This document shows, one piece after another, positions 47,463 through 59,229 of a stretch of DNA of 64,000 nt. Each line of letters begins with the position of its first letter. The stretch's first letter is position 1. The position numbers and the translations under genes are program-made. Under the pieces are notes generated by a model, which saw only the letters and a list, made by a program, of their open reading frames with translations, was not told the origin of the DNA and did no database searches. The stretch lies in the sequence record OM319461.1, one strand, 5' to 3'.

Positions 47463-50279
47463 ATCGTCATGGTGCATCGCAGGTAGCAATAGACCAGTGG
47501 TTGACAGTACAGAGGTAGCGCCATCACGTTCAAAGTCGAATGAACCATGCATGCCACGTTGGTTGCGGATCTTCGTATTAGGCGGAGCAAAGGTACGGAT
47601 ACCTACTTTACCCGAGTCAGGTGTATCTGCCGAGAAACGACCAACATCTTCTTTGTGGAAAACACGAGAAGACTTAACCAGAGTTTCTGCCGCACGACCA
47701 CCTTCACCAGATAGTGAAACCGCTTCTAGTTGTTTAAGAGTATGAACAGGGTTTAGTTCTTTAACTAGCTGACAAGTACTGTCAGAAGTAACCGCTGTCC
47801 AGACGTCACGAGGGCCAACATAAACCGGATGTAATGAAGGGTTAGGTTTGTTACGTTGTTCACGTACTGCCTTAACCATTGCCGAATAAACGAATCCAGG
47901 GATACGCTCTAGTCGACGCTCGCGCATGAAGTTAGGGTCTGTTTCATCTGGGAACTCATCGTTGGTAACCAGCTCAGAACAACGAACATACAGATCAAGA
48001 ATGTCTGTTGGTTCTTTCATCTCTTCCAATACTTCTTTTGTAATTGGGTCGACGAAAAGTTCTTCGATTAAATCGATTTCGTTCAGATGGTAGTTACCAA
48101 GACCAAGTGACTTGAAGATTGGTGTGTACGAATCACGTTTGTTTAGGTCACCCGCATTGAAGCCTTTGAGGATATCGTCAGCCACAGTAAAGCCAGCAAT
48201 GATGAATTCAGCTGTCTTATTAGGGAACGTAAAGTGATAGCGGTAATCAGCAAACGTAATAGTAAACTCATTGTCTTTTGCCGTAGAGCGAACGTTAGAT
48301 GGTTCGTTGCGGTATTTTACATTTAGCTTACGCAGAAGCTTTGTAAAGGACATAGAGTACGCCAGAAGAATACCGATAGGTACACGCTTGCCTTTTAGGT
48401 TCTTAAGCTCTGAGAACTCCTGAGGACGTTTGCCCCATCCACCACCAATCGCTTCCATGAAGTCACCAACCGGTTCAGACTTCTTAGGTTGATGTCGATG
48501 CACGACGTCATTCATGTCAATCGTGAATGCCCAGTCTTTGTTCTTACCGATTAGGACATGACCATTCTTTTCATATTTCTTGATTGCGCCCTCGCCAAAG
48601 AACTCATCGCGATGGACATATTCAAAGTAATACGTAATACCTTTTGACTTGAATTCAGAAATGGTTTGCATTACAGCGGTATAAGCACGTGGCAATTGAA
48701 TCTTCTTCGGAATATGGTTCTCACCAAAGCGGATGTTTTGAACACGACTATCGTCTGAAAGCAAACCAGCAGAACGAATGTTCTTTTCAACCCAGGCCGA
48801 GTAGTTGTACTTAACTAACTCAGAGCGCTGAATGAATAGCTTACCAAAGTAAGAAGTCAACGCCGCACGATGTGGATGTGTCTTACGAATCGGTACGTCC
48901 ACCTTTTGGCTATCAAGTGCGTATCTCACTCCGTCGGCCTTGAATGTACCGTCTTCGTTTACATTGAATAGCTCGATTGGTAAGGTAGTAGACTTACCAT
49001 TAACCGGCAGTAGCTTAACCTTCAGAGTCATCGCGTCATTCAATGCATCGATTTTGTCTTCTTTCTTGATGTCTTGAATCATTACACCAGCAGCAGAGAA
49101 ATGCTGTAACATATTCAAGATGTCTGCTTCATAGAGACCTGACTTAACATAGTCGGCATAAAGAGAGTTAGTCGATGCATTCAACGCATGTGATGGAACC
49201 GACAATGGGTTAACAGAGGAAACAAGACGCTCTTTAACCTTTGTCATTTCCGGAGTAATCTTCGATGCTTCTTCGATGGACTTAGAAGTATCAAAGGGAT
49301 TAGGCAATTGCTTTGTTCGTTGTTGAACATTGATCATTGCACGTGCTTGACTAGGAGTCAGTTTACCTGCTTCTGCTAGTGAAGATACTTTGCGAATAAG
49401 GCTATTTGGAGTGCCAGGAAGAATCTGTTCCTCGCTTGTGATATCCGGGCCACTTGTATCTTCATCTGCCAATGCGTCATTATCACCGCCAGGACGCGTA
49501 GCAAGTGTCTTCTCAAACATGTCATAGATCTTAGTGACTTGTGACTCACCGCGCTCTATGAGTTGTTGTGCTGATAATACAACACTGTTACGACCTTCGG
49601 TAATAACAAACCAAACACGCTTAGGCTCAACCAGCTTTAATACTTCGGCCTTGCCTAGCATTAAGTTACGTAGTTCACGTAGCCAAAAGTGACCTGACTC
49701 AGTGAAGTCATCCATTAAGTCACGCGGTAGTCCATCTTCAGCCTTTTTGAAGTTAGCTTCGGTAGGCAGGTTTGAAGGGAACTTGATTGGGATGATGTGG
49801 TTACGCAGATAGGTCTGGTCGTTGACTTGTGCAACAATAGCAGTTGTTAGGTTACGCCATTCGTCATAGAAACGACCAACTGAGTTAGTGTAACGGAACA
49901 TACGAGTAAGTAGACTATAGTCCACAACGGCCAGTTCTCTTTCGCGGGCAATTGCGCGATCGACTGTGCCGAAGTATTGCATCCCGCGTTGACTAGCACG
50001 ATAAGCTTTAATTAGACTGCTGGTATTCGAGTTGATTTTCGAGTAGTTACCAAACTTACCATAACCTTCGGTACTAAAGGCAATTCGTGCGCTGCCTTCT
50101 TCTTTTTGTAGTAGGGGATGACTACCACGAATACCGATATCTGCTTGAGAGTCACTGATGTGGTGAATCAAAGCACCCAGCGGCAACTCAATTTCCCATG
50201 CATCAATAAGTCTCGGTGTAGATAAAGAAGCGCTGAGTCGATGCTCATACTTCTTTACAAATGATTCTAGTTGTAACAT
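47463..50279 (-). CDS. Virion RNAP beta subunit, exon 1 (phiKZ gp178-like)
   Basis: RFSADTPDSGKVG resembles RpoB CPIETPEGPNIG; ends MHHDD at the splice site. Confidence 0.9.
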
Positions 50280-50287
50280 TTTAATTC

Positions 50288-50455
50288 CTATTCGTTACCA
50301 GTCATAAATGACAGCACCCATTCGGAAACGTCATCGAATGATTTAACGGTTAGACCACCATTAGGAGATAGATAGTTTTTCCAGCTTCCCATTAGTTCGT
50401 CTACTTCTTGTACAGAGTCACGACTCCACACGTAGTTACATGACAACATGTCCCC
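50288..50455 (-). CDS. Virion RNAP beta' subunit, exon 2 (55 aa, unlisted)
   Basis: GGG GAC ATG TTG after terminal G 50456 gives GDMLSCNYVWSRDSVQEVDELMG...MTGNE*, completing GADFD|GD. Confidence 0.88.
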   Translation of the reverse strand, partial: GDMLSCNYVWSRDSVQEVDELMGSWKNYLSPNGGLTVKSFDDVSEWVLSFMTGNE

Positions 50456-51849
50456 CAACATGTTAGTTCGACTATATCATCACTCTAACCTTACTCACTT
50501 CTTCAGTGCTAATTAGAGGCTCCGCACTTCGCCGCCTGTGATAGGACTTACGCTACTCTACTCACTGCCCGAAGGCGCTTTCGATAGTCTGTGAACACTG
50601 ACCGTATCTTGTCATCTCGACAATACTTAGGCCCATAGCTGCTGATACCCACTCTTTTGGTCACTTAGTGCTATTAACACATATGACAATAGAAATATCT
50701 TTTCTGTCTTTAGACGACCGTTGCCGCATATCCTTTCGGATTCCGTTTTGGTTATTTCTATAGTGTGTGACGTCCCAGCAATTCACGGAGTTTTATTTCG
50801 ACAGGGATTTTTAGTATGTAACTATAAAATTTTTGTATTTGCCAGTTTTGGCTATGGCGGTTTTTACATTCGTGGTGGACCTTGATTTCCCACCAGTAAA
50901 AACGTAAAAGGCATAGAGACTAGGAAACGTAAACTCATTACCCTTCTCATCAATTGCCTTGACTACTTTTTTGTTTGACCTATCTTCTTTGGCTACTCTT
51001 TCTGGCGTCCAAATTTCCCATTCGGTAATGTCTTTTTTGTACTTGACTGAAAACGAACCAATTGGAAACTGGTCTTTTTCGCGTAGTCTTTTTCGCAGTA
51101 CAACAGACGAAACTTTTAACTCTCGCTGAGCAGCGGACACAGATTTAAATTCTAAAATTTTTCCTGTGTTAATGTCTCTCGCTAAAACAGAGTCAAAAAC
51201 TTTTTTCCGTGGTAGTTCTTTTGCCGTTACGTACTTGGTGTCTTTTAATGTTTCAAAATCTCTGGGATCACAAACATATTTAAAGACATATTTGCCTTCT
51301 GGATCAACGTGTCCGTATTTTAACCAAGTTCTAAACTTAGTCGGTGGCCATTTGAAGAAGAGTGCAGCACGAGTAAGAGATTCAAAAATAAACTCTCGAC
51401 CGTCTTCAAGTGATTTTATTTGTATGTCGATGGCGTCCTTATTGAGATCGGTCAAAATCGCATGGATATTGTTTTCTCGTTTGGTGAGCCATTCCAAATT
51501 TACACTTCTTGGGTCGGTTTTATCGCCATTGATGTGATTAACAACCATTTCCTCGTGATTGGGTGGTGGATTGTTATGTGTCAATGCAATGAGTCTATGC
51601 AAACGAACTATGGCATAACCGCGCTTGTCATGTTTTATGCGAAGCACAGGATAACCAGCGTCATTTACGTAGGTTTTTAGTAAATTTCCAGTAGTCTTAT
51701 TTTTTATGACGCCATCGGCGTCAATAACATAGCCAGTGTAGTCTGGTATTTCTTTGGCATTCATTCTATATCTTTTAACTCTTTGTTATAAGTCCATGTG
51801 ACTAGACTCAACTATAAAGTTGTTAATAGATATGCTCGTCCCAGGTTAA
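50456..51849 (-). mobile_element. Group I intron 3 (in the vRNAP beta' DFDGD motif)
   Basis: IGS GTCGAAAT (50802-50795) pairs 8 nt with exon ATTTCGAT (U.G at the splice site); P10 TCCCT pairs the 3' exon; P AATTGCTGGGA, R TTCACAGACTA, S GATATAGTC. Confidence 0.93.
50811..51764 (-). CDS. Intron-encoded HNH homing endonuclease
   Basis: IPDYTGYVIDADG; LHRLIALTH...VNHINGDKTDPRSVNLEWLTKRENNIHA. Confidence 0.9.
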   Translation of the reverse strand: MNAKEIPDYTGYVIDADGVIKNKTTGNLLKTYVNDAGYPVLRIKHDKRGYAIVRLHRLIALTHNNPPPNHEEMVVNHINGDKTDPRSVNLEWLTKRENNIHAILTDLNKDAIDIQIKSLEDGREFIFESLTRAALFFKWPPTKFRTWLKYGHVDPEGKYVFKYVCDPRDFETLKDTKYVTAKELPRKKVFDSVLARDINTGKILEFKSVSAAQRELKVSSVVLRKRLREKDQFPIGSFSVKYKKDITEWEIWTPERVAKEDRSNKKVVKAIDEKGNEFTFPSLYAFYVFTGGKSRSTTNVKTAIAKTGKYKNFIVTY

Positions 51850-53325
51850 ATCGAAATCAGCACCTAGGCCGGAGAGGAACGATGGATGAACTGCCATTGA
51901 TTCGTAGAACGACATGCCTGGTTTCGGATATTCCAAAACCTCGTTGTCAGTTTCTGCCCAATTGTCATCTAGTTGTTTTAGACGATACCCCGTGTTCGTG
52001 GACTTGATGTAGATTTCACTCGGGTAGTTTGAGCCAAGACCAGTTACAGGATATCGTGTATTGAACACACGAACGTTAGGCATGATCTCCGCACAATGAA
52101 GATAGAACATTTCTACCCATGTCATCGGAGATACGTTTTCTTTCGGATAGCCTTCAGGTAACTCATCAATAGAGTTCATAACCTTGAAGTACTTGTCATC
52201 GCGATAGATAAGTTTGAGATAGTAGCCGTCAACCATAATAGGTTTGTGACGAGACTTCGCATTCTTAAAGCCGTTGATCAATTTTTCACGGCCTTGCTTA
52301 GTGCCCCATTTATCGCGCTGTTTTGGCGATACCACAGTATCTTCTGCTTTCCATGTGTCCCGATTGATAAGACTAACCGTTTGGTCAATGTTTTCAATAA
52401 AGTCAGCAAGGAAGCCTTTAGGCAATTTGTTCAATGCAAGAATTGGTTCCACACCTTTCATGAATTGGAACAAGCCGTTGATCGTTGTACTCAAATCAGG
52501 TTGTCGTACGTCACCCAAAAACTCAGAACCGGTTTCCATCGAAGTAAGTACGTTACGAGTAGTACCAAATACACGACGAGAACCAAACTTACCAGATAGG
52601 AAGCCTTTCTTACCTGCTAGGATATTGATGATGTATTCTGAGATGCCGTTGATAGCAATCTGAACCGAACGGCGCGGGCCATCAAATAGTGGGCTGTTCT
52701 TGTCATCCAGTCCAACTGGAATGGCATTCGTTGCAGAGATAGCTTTTCGGTACAGAGGACCGATCTCTTCTTCTACTGGGCGACCAGACGCTTCGTCGAA
52801 CTGGACGTCACGAAGACCAGCCGGTAAAACAGGAAGAAAGTCTACTAGTGCTACCGAACGATACTCTTCGAGTACTTCGATGCGGAGCTGACGTTCTTTT
52901 GACTCGCCTTGTTTAAATTCGAGTTCATTGAAGTGACTCAAGAAAAAGCTAAAGCCAGTTTGACCATCTAGGATGCCTTCTTTAGAACGAACGAAATCTT
53001 TTTCTTTTTCGTCCCATACGGCATATTCGCGACCTAGGATAATGTCAGTATAAAGAGACTTAAGGCGCTTAAGTTCTTTAAAGTAAATTGGGTTGAATAC
53101 AGGAACTTTCAAGTCAATGTAACTACGACGTTTGTCGCGTTGTGGTGTTCCTTGTTGACCAAAGATCAAGGTGGAATATAAACCATCTTGTTGAAAGTCT
53201 GAGGACAAGTGATCCATCGTAGACAAAGAACGAACTGGTAGTAATGTTTTCAGTCGTCCTCTGCTATTATCCAACAGAGATATGTTGAATGGGATCTGTC
53301 TCAGTTTAAGAGACGCTTTTGGCAT
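51850..53325 (-). CDS. Virion RNAP beta' subunit, exon 1 (phiKZ gp180-like)
   Basis: Start moved to ATG 53325 after AGGAG; GKFGSRRVFGTTRNVL; ends LGADFD. Confidence 0.9.
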
Positions 53326-53391
53326 TGGTATAACTCCTGGTTTTCGAAGCGGCCAAATCAAATAGACCGTACACAATTAAAGGGGAATGTC

Positions 53392-56300
53392 GTGAGCGAA
53401 TTCAATCTCGATGATGACGACCTAGATATGGACGACTTGTGGGACGACGATTTCGGAATCGATGATATCGATGAAGATAAGCGCCAACCCATCGAAGCAT
53501 TGTTTGACGGTGCTTTAGAGTCTGTCCTTGATCGTGACATGCAAGCCGATGTGGCTCGCATCGTTCTAGAAAACTCTTTGCCTGAGGGCTATGGTACCGC
53601 ACTTACTTCAGTTCGCAATTTGACAAGAGATGCAACATCTCTATACAATGACACGAAGAAGCAACTGAAAGGTCCATTTGATGCAATTCGAAAAGACTTG
53701 GCTCAGATGGCAGAAGAAAGCAAAAAAGAAACCTTTATGGGTTTCAAGATGGATTCCATCGCTAGCTTTCTAAGACCAGAAGACGAAGAGACTCGTTCTA
53801 ATTTAACATCCCAGAATCCGCAAGACAACGCAGTCGATGCGGTACTCAATTCCATCTTTACTCGTGAAAACGAAAAGAAAGAACAAGATGCCAAGTTACT
53901 TGAAACCGAACTCGTAGCAGGTAGACAAAATACAAACGCAGTTGTGGCTGAACTGAATCGACTTACGTCTTTCCAAGACTCGATTCAATACAACTACATG
54001 CGTAAGTCATTAGAACTACAGCAACGTATGTTCTTCGGTCAACAAGAGCTTGTGGCTACAACAAAGGCTTTTGCTGCGGATAGCGTATCAAGCAATAAAG
54101 CTTTAATTAAGAATACCTCTTTGCCAGACTTTGCAAAACAAACTCTGATGGAAGGCTATTCTGAAGAAGCACAGAATCGAATCTTTGGCAAGGTATCTGA
54201 AAAGGCAACTGACTACTTCCGTAATTTCGGAGGTAGACTACAAGAGAATATTCAAAACCGCTTGAATGAACTCGTGGGCAATGTAGTTGAGTTTGCCGAG
54301 GCAATCAGTGAAGCTACCGGTGCTATGAGTGGCATGGGTGATGAAATCAACCCAATGGAACTCGTTGGCGGCATGGGCGTCTCCATGACTGCCGAATTTG
54401 CCGGCGAGGCACTGGGGGATAAATTCCGTCGTGTACTTAACAAGTATCCGAAGATTGCCAAGTATGGACAAGAACTCGCGTTCTATGCTGAAAACTATCC
54501 ATCCGAACTTCAGGAAGCTCTTGATAATTGGGATGGTGGTTTCCCAGAGGAGGTTGTTGAGAAGTTCCCATTCTTAGGCCGCATTCGTTCAGAAGCAATG
54601 GCAGATGAACTACGTGCGCTTATTCCGCGAATGGACGATATCTCTCTGGGTATCAACAACAACCTAGCCGGAGATGGTGCAACAAAAGAACGCTACTTCG
54701 ACGAAATAACTCGTAAGTCTATTATTGAAATCATTCCTGGGTTCCTTTCTCGAATCCTTGAACAAACAATGATCTTTAATAATGGGCCTGGTGTTGAACG
54801 CGTGGTTTACGATGTAAATACCGAGACGTTTACGACTGAGAGCGAGGCAGCTCAAACTGCTCTCAAAATGATTCAGGGATCAGCAGGCAAGACAAAACGC
54901 GAACAAGAGTTGGAAGTAATGAAGCTCTTGAACGGTGGTCGTCCTATGGATCCTAAGGTCATCGATAGTCTCATTGGTACGATCAAAGAGTTTCGTGAAG
55001 CAGGTAAGGAAATCAATGCCTTTAGCATTGTCGACCATTTCTACGACACCGGCAATGACCGCATGGGTAAACGTATTGACCAAGCCTTAACAAGAGCTTC
55101 GGAAGATACTGATGGTCAGAATGATATCATTGATCGTCTAGCCGCTGGTCAGGATTCCGGCCTTCGTAAGACAATGATTGCCAAAGACGCACTGCGTCGA
55201 ATCAATCCTCGTGCAGATGCTGTTTCGAAAGAAGCATTGAATGCACTAGAGCTTTGGTTTACTGACAATGCACTTGAGTCAACTCGTCCTAAGTTCGAAG
55301 AGATGGCGGATGCATTTGCACGCCGTGGTTTTGGACCAGAGATTGCCGAAGAAATCCAGAAGGTAGTCGACAGCTCAGAAAACAACCAACGTGAAAACGA
55401 TCGTATCATTGCCAAGGCAGCTCGTGAGACAGGTGATGTTTTCCACGATATGCAAAATCAAATCAATCGTCTGTACGCAGCTGGTGCGTCTGATACGCTG
55501 CAATCAACTGGGATCATTACACGCAACCAGAATTTGCGTGGACGAAATGAGATTCGCGATGACCTCATGTTCGGTGAACAGAAAACACCAGAACGAATGG
55601 ACAACCCATTCGAAGAGATGCAGTCTGCTGGACGTCGCCCGACAACAGCACAGCGCAGTGAGATGGACTATACTCCGTCAGGTGCAGCTACTGCTTTCGA
55701 TTTTTGGAAAATGTTTACTGTTGTCCGTGACAAGGTCGAGGGTGTCCCGGTTCATGTCGTAAGTCAATTTGGTCGCACTCAACCAGAAGTGGATACTGGT
55801 GCACCTGTTGCTCCGACTGATGATGGTTGGCGCAATAACATGTTTGGTATGGTTGAACGTGGCTTTGTCACACAGGCTGAATTACTGAACATGATTCTGC
55901 AAAAAGACCTTACTGTGGAAGTACAAGCACCAGAAGGACTGATGAGTAAAATCATCGGTGGTGGTTCTGCTGTTACTTCTGCCGGCTTGAATTTATTGAG
56001 CAGCTACACAACTGGCGTTTATAAGATGACAGCGGCTGGTATTGGTGCAGGCGGTAATATCATTGGTGGTGGCTTAAATGCAATGGGTGGTGCTCTAGGT
56101 ATTCTGGGTGATCGCTTTAGACCACGCGATATTTATGTCGCAGGTAGCACCACTCCAGTTATCAACATCGGTGACCTTAAAGCAGGTCGCTTTATCGATG
56201 AAAACTCCGGCAAGCCAGTACGCAGTATAAAGGACATTACCGGTCGAGTAATCGATGCAGATGGTAATGAAATCATTTCTGCCGAAGATGCGTCCAAGAA

Positions 56301-59187
56301 CCTTTATGATCGCCAAGGCACTAAGTTGTCTGCATTAACAAACATCATCGGCGGTGGTCTTAATATGATCGGCGGTGCAATGGGGATGCAATATCGAATG
56401 GCATTCGCAGCTATGCGCGCAGCAGTAGGTGTTCCTGTTAAGCTACTTAACAAGATGCTGGATCGACCACGTGACGTATTTGTAAAAGGTGAACCAGAGA
56501 TACCTGTTCTGTCAGCACTAATGATGAAGCAGGGTGGCTACTATAGTGAAAATGGCACGCCGATTACAAAGCCGTCTGATATCGATGGTCAGGTATTTGA
56601 TAAACAAGGCAATATTGTTCTAAGTCACCAACAAATCCTTCGTGGACTTGTTGACCGTTTCGGTGTACCTATTGATGCTAACCGTGCTTTCCAGTTAGCG
56701 AAGAGAAGTGTGCAGTTGGGCTGGAGTGCTGTTAAAGGCTCTATAGGCCTCGGTGTTGCCGCTGTTAAAGGTGGCGTGGACATTGGCCTTGCTTTAACCA
56801 AAGGTGCCGTTAAAATGCCGCTGGCGGTCCTAGACGCTATCCGCGGAACAGGCCCGAGTACCGGAATGAGCGAAACCGGTGGTCAAGAGGCAATGGCTGG
56901 AAGAAGCGAACAATACCTGCATGGCATCCTAAGCTTTATGATGGAACGTTGGCCTATTGGTACGGCTTCTCCTACTGAAACTTTATTGCAGACTTTGGTT
57001 GACCAAGGTAAGCCTAAAGAGAAAGCAGGAGACCTAGATGGTGATGGTGATCGTGACAATTCATTGATGGATCGTATCCAACGTAGACGCGAAGGTGCAT
57101 CTACCGAAGACGTAGAACAGATTGCTAAAGAAGAAGCCAAAGACGATGATAGCCCATGGGCTAAGTTGTTGATGGGACTTAGTGTAATCGGTACGAGTCT
57201 AAGTGGTTTGGTCGGCACGGCTAAGGCCTGGATGGAACGCATGTTCATGGCTAAGACAGCAAACAGCATTGCTGATGGTCTTGGTGATGCAGCAGATGTT
57301 GCAGGCGACATGGCTGGACGTGGACGCAAAGCCGGCAAGGTAGGTAAGCTGGGTAAACTAGGCAAGTTCGGTGGTGCAGCCATCCGTGGTGCAAAAGGTT
57401 TGATTGGTGCTGCTGGTACACGTATTGCTAAAGCGGTAGGTGGACAAATAGTCAAGAAAGGTTTGCTTGCAGCGGGTGGTGCGGTACTTGGTGGTATTGC
57501 TGCTCCTGCACTCGCGGCAGCTGGTGCGGCTTGGACGGTTTGGGAAATCGGAGAATACTTCTATGAACGCTCTGATGCAGAAGAACTAGAAAAGCTACGT
57601 TTTATGCAGTATGGTCTTGATCCTGAAAATGGAGATTACCTTGCAGCTATTCGTAATACAGAGAAAGTGCTATACAAGTCCGTCAGTAAAACTGGTATGA
57701 AGCTAAAAGTGAATACAAGTGATATTGACTGGGAAACAATCGCCGACTTCTGGGGCGTGAGTATGGACAACCGTGCGGAGATCGGTAACTTTGCTGATTG
57801 GATTCGCATGCGTGTTGCTCCTGTACTATCGCTTCATGCTAAGGCTGTTTTTGAAATTGACCGTAAGTTAGATCTTTTTGATATTGACGACGAGATCGAT
57901 GACAAAGACATTATTCGTTTCCTTAAGAAAGTAAATGCATTCTCTGGCAAGCAGCCATTGCAGTATCTTGGCTCGGCCGCTCCGATGATTGACCGTCTAT
58001 TGTCAGAAGCAGAAGTTAAAATCTACCACGACAGCTTGATTGCGAAGTACTCTGATAAAACAGACGTAACGAAACAAACACGCGAAGCTGGTAAGACTTT
58101 AAAAGAAGCACACAACGACAGCACGGCAGCTCAGTCTAATAGTGCAGCTTATCGTGCTTACGCAGAGGCAGAGAAAGCCAAACTAGCAGCCAACAAAGTC
58201 GACGATGTTCCAATCGTGGCTTCCAAAAATAATCCACAAACAAAAGCCGCACAAAAGACTTCCCTGGAAACACTTCGTCAAGGAGTAATGTCCAAAGAAG
58301 AACAATTCGGCGGTAAGAAGATAAAACTTATCAAACCATGTGGCGGACGATTAACCTCTCCGTTTGGTATGCGTCCTGTTAATGGACGTCAACACATGCA
58401 CAAAGGTGTCGACTGGGCAGACTACGAAGGTTCTCCTATTGTAGCCGCAGCCGACGGTATTATAATGCGTCGCGAATACAGTGAGTCTTACGGCAAGTGT
58501 ATTTACATCCGACATCCTGGTGGTTGGCATACTCGTTATGCACACCTTCATAGCTTTGCTTCGGGAGTCGGAAAAGGCGATCGTGTTAAGCAAGGTGACT
58601 TATTAGGGACAATGGGTAACACGGGCCATTCTCGTGGTGTACACTTGCACTTCGAACTGCGCGACGGTATGTGGAATGATACTAATGCTTATGACCCACT
58701 TAAATACATCGTCAATGGCTCGAAAGAAGCTCAACAGGCGAAAACTCAAGAGCGCGACATACGCAAAGAACAGAAGGCGGATCCGGAGAAGTCGATAGAA
58801 GGGATCGATACAATCGAGACTGCGGCTAATCCAAATGCAATGCCGGAAGAAGTCATCAAGAAAACCGATGATAATAAACGTGCATTCATGCCAACTCAAA
58901 TTGCGAAAGAAACGCTCGATACCGCACAGCGAGATGCAACCAACAAGCAATTGGCCAACCTGGGCAATGCTACTGGTAAGTCTACTGCTGAACTCAAAAC
59001 ACAGACTGGTCATTTGGAAACTATTGCCAATAAGCAAGATGAGTTGATTAAAGCAATCGGCTTGTTGACTGAGGCAATCCAGAACAAAGAACCTGTTGTG
59101 ATTGATGGCGGTAACGCAAGTAAAACGAAGTCCAAGAGAACAGGACAGTCAGCTAACCTGACTCCTGTGGTAAACTTGGGTAGTTAA
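53392..59187 (+). CDS. Large tail protein (phiKZ gp181-like) with C-terminal M23 peptidase domain
   Basis: 1931 aa, helical and Gly/Ala-rich segments; HKGVD...YAHL...HLHFE M23 motifs at about 58330-58670. Confidence 0.85.
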   Translation: MSEFNLDDDDLDMDDLWDDDFGIDDIDEDKRQPIEALFDGALESVLDRDMQADVARIVLENSLPEGYGTALTSVRNLTRDATSLYNDTKKQLKGPFDAIRKDLAQMAEESKKETFMGFKMDSIASFLRPEDEETRSNLTSQNPQDNAVDAVLNSIFTRENEKKEQDAKLLETELVAGRQNTNAVVAELNRLTSFQDSIQYNYMRKSLELQQRMFFGQQELVATTKAFAADSVSSNKALIKNTSLPDFAKQTLMEGYSEEAQNRIFGKVSEKATDYFRNFGGRLQENIQNRLNELVGNVVEFAEAISEATGAMSGMGDEINPMELVGGMGVSMTAEFAGEALGDKFRRVLNKYPKIAKYGQELAFYAENYPSELQEALDNWDGGFPEEVVEKFPFLGRIRSEAMADELRALIPRMDDISLGINNNLAGDGATKERYFDEITRKSIIEIIPGFLSRILEQTMIFNNGPGVERVVYDVNTETFTTESEAAQTALKMIQGSAGKTKREQELEVMKLLNGGRPMDPKVIDSLIGTIKEFREAGKEINAFSIVDHFYDTGNDRMGKRIDQALTRASEDTDGQNDIIDRLAAGQDSGLRKTMIAKDALRRINPRADAVSKEALNALELWFTDNALESTRPKFEEMADAFARRGFGPEIAEEIQKVVDSSENNQRENDRIIAKAARETGDVFHDMQNQINRLYAAGASDTLQSTGIITRNQNLRGRNEIRDDLMFGEQKTPERMDNPFEEMQSAGRRPTTAQRSEMDYTPSGAATAFDFWKMFTVVRDKVEGVPVHVVSQFGRTQPEVDTGAPVAPTDDGWRNNMFGMVERGFVTQAELLNMILQKDLTVEVQAPEGLMSKIIGGGSAVTSAGLNLLSSYTTGVYKMTAAGIGAGGNIIGGGLNAMGGALGILGDRFRPRDIYVAGSTTPVINIGDLKAGRFIDENSGKPVRSIKDITGRVIDADGNEIISAEDASKNLYDRQGTKLSALTNIIGGGLNMIGGAMGMQYRMAFAAMRAAVGVPVKLLNKMLDRPRDVFVKGEPEIPVLSALMMKQGGYYSENGTPITKPSDIDGQVFDKQGNIVLSHQQILRGLVDRFGVPIDANRAFQLAKRSVQLGWSAVKGSIGLGVAAVKGGVDIGLALTKGAVKMPLAVLDAIRGTGPSTGMSETGGQEAMAGRSEQYLHGILSFMMERWPIGTASPTETLLQTLVDQGKPKEKAGDLDGDGDRDNSLMDRIQRRREGASTEDVEQIAKEEAKDDDSPWAKLLMGLSVIGTSLSGLVGTAKAWMERMFMAKTANSIADGLGDAADVAGDMAGRGRKAGKVGKLGKLGKFGGAAIRGAKGLIGAAGTRIAKAVGGQIVKKGLLAAGGAVLGGIAAPALAAAGAAWTVWEIGEYFYERSDAEELEKLRFMQYGLDPENGDYLAAIRNTEKVLYKSVSKTGMKLKVNTSDIDWETIADFWGVSMDNRAEIGNFADWIRMRVAPVLSLHAKAVFEIDRKLDLFDIDDEIDDKDIIRFLKKVNAFSGKQPLQYLGSAAPMIDRLLSEAEVKIYHDSLIAKYSDKTDVTKQTREAGKTLKEAHNDSTAAQSNSAAYRAYAEAEKAKLAANKVDDVPIVASKNNPQTKAAQKTSLETLRQGVMSKEEQFGGKKIKLIKPCGGRLTSPFGMRPVNGRQHMHKGVDWADYEGSPIVAAADGIIMRREYSESYGKCIYIRHPGGWHTRYAHLHSFASGVGKGDRVKQGDLLGTMGNTGHSRGVHLHFELRDGMWNDTNAYDPLKYIVNGSKEAQQAKTQERDIRKEQKADPEKSIEGIDTIETAANPNAMPEEVIKKTDDNKRAFMPTQIAKETLDTAQRDATNKQLANLGNATGKSTAELKTQTGHLETIANKQDELIKAIGLLTEAIQNKEPVVIDGGNASKTKSKRTGQSANLTPVVNLGS

Positions 59188-59229
59188 AAGAGGGCTTCGG
59201 CCCTCTCTTATTTTTAGACTGGAGTAATT

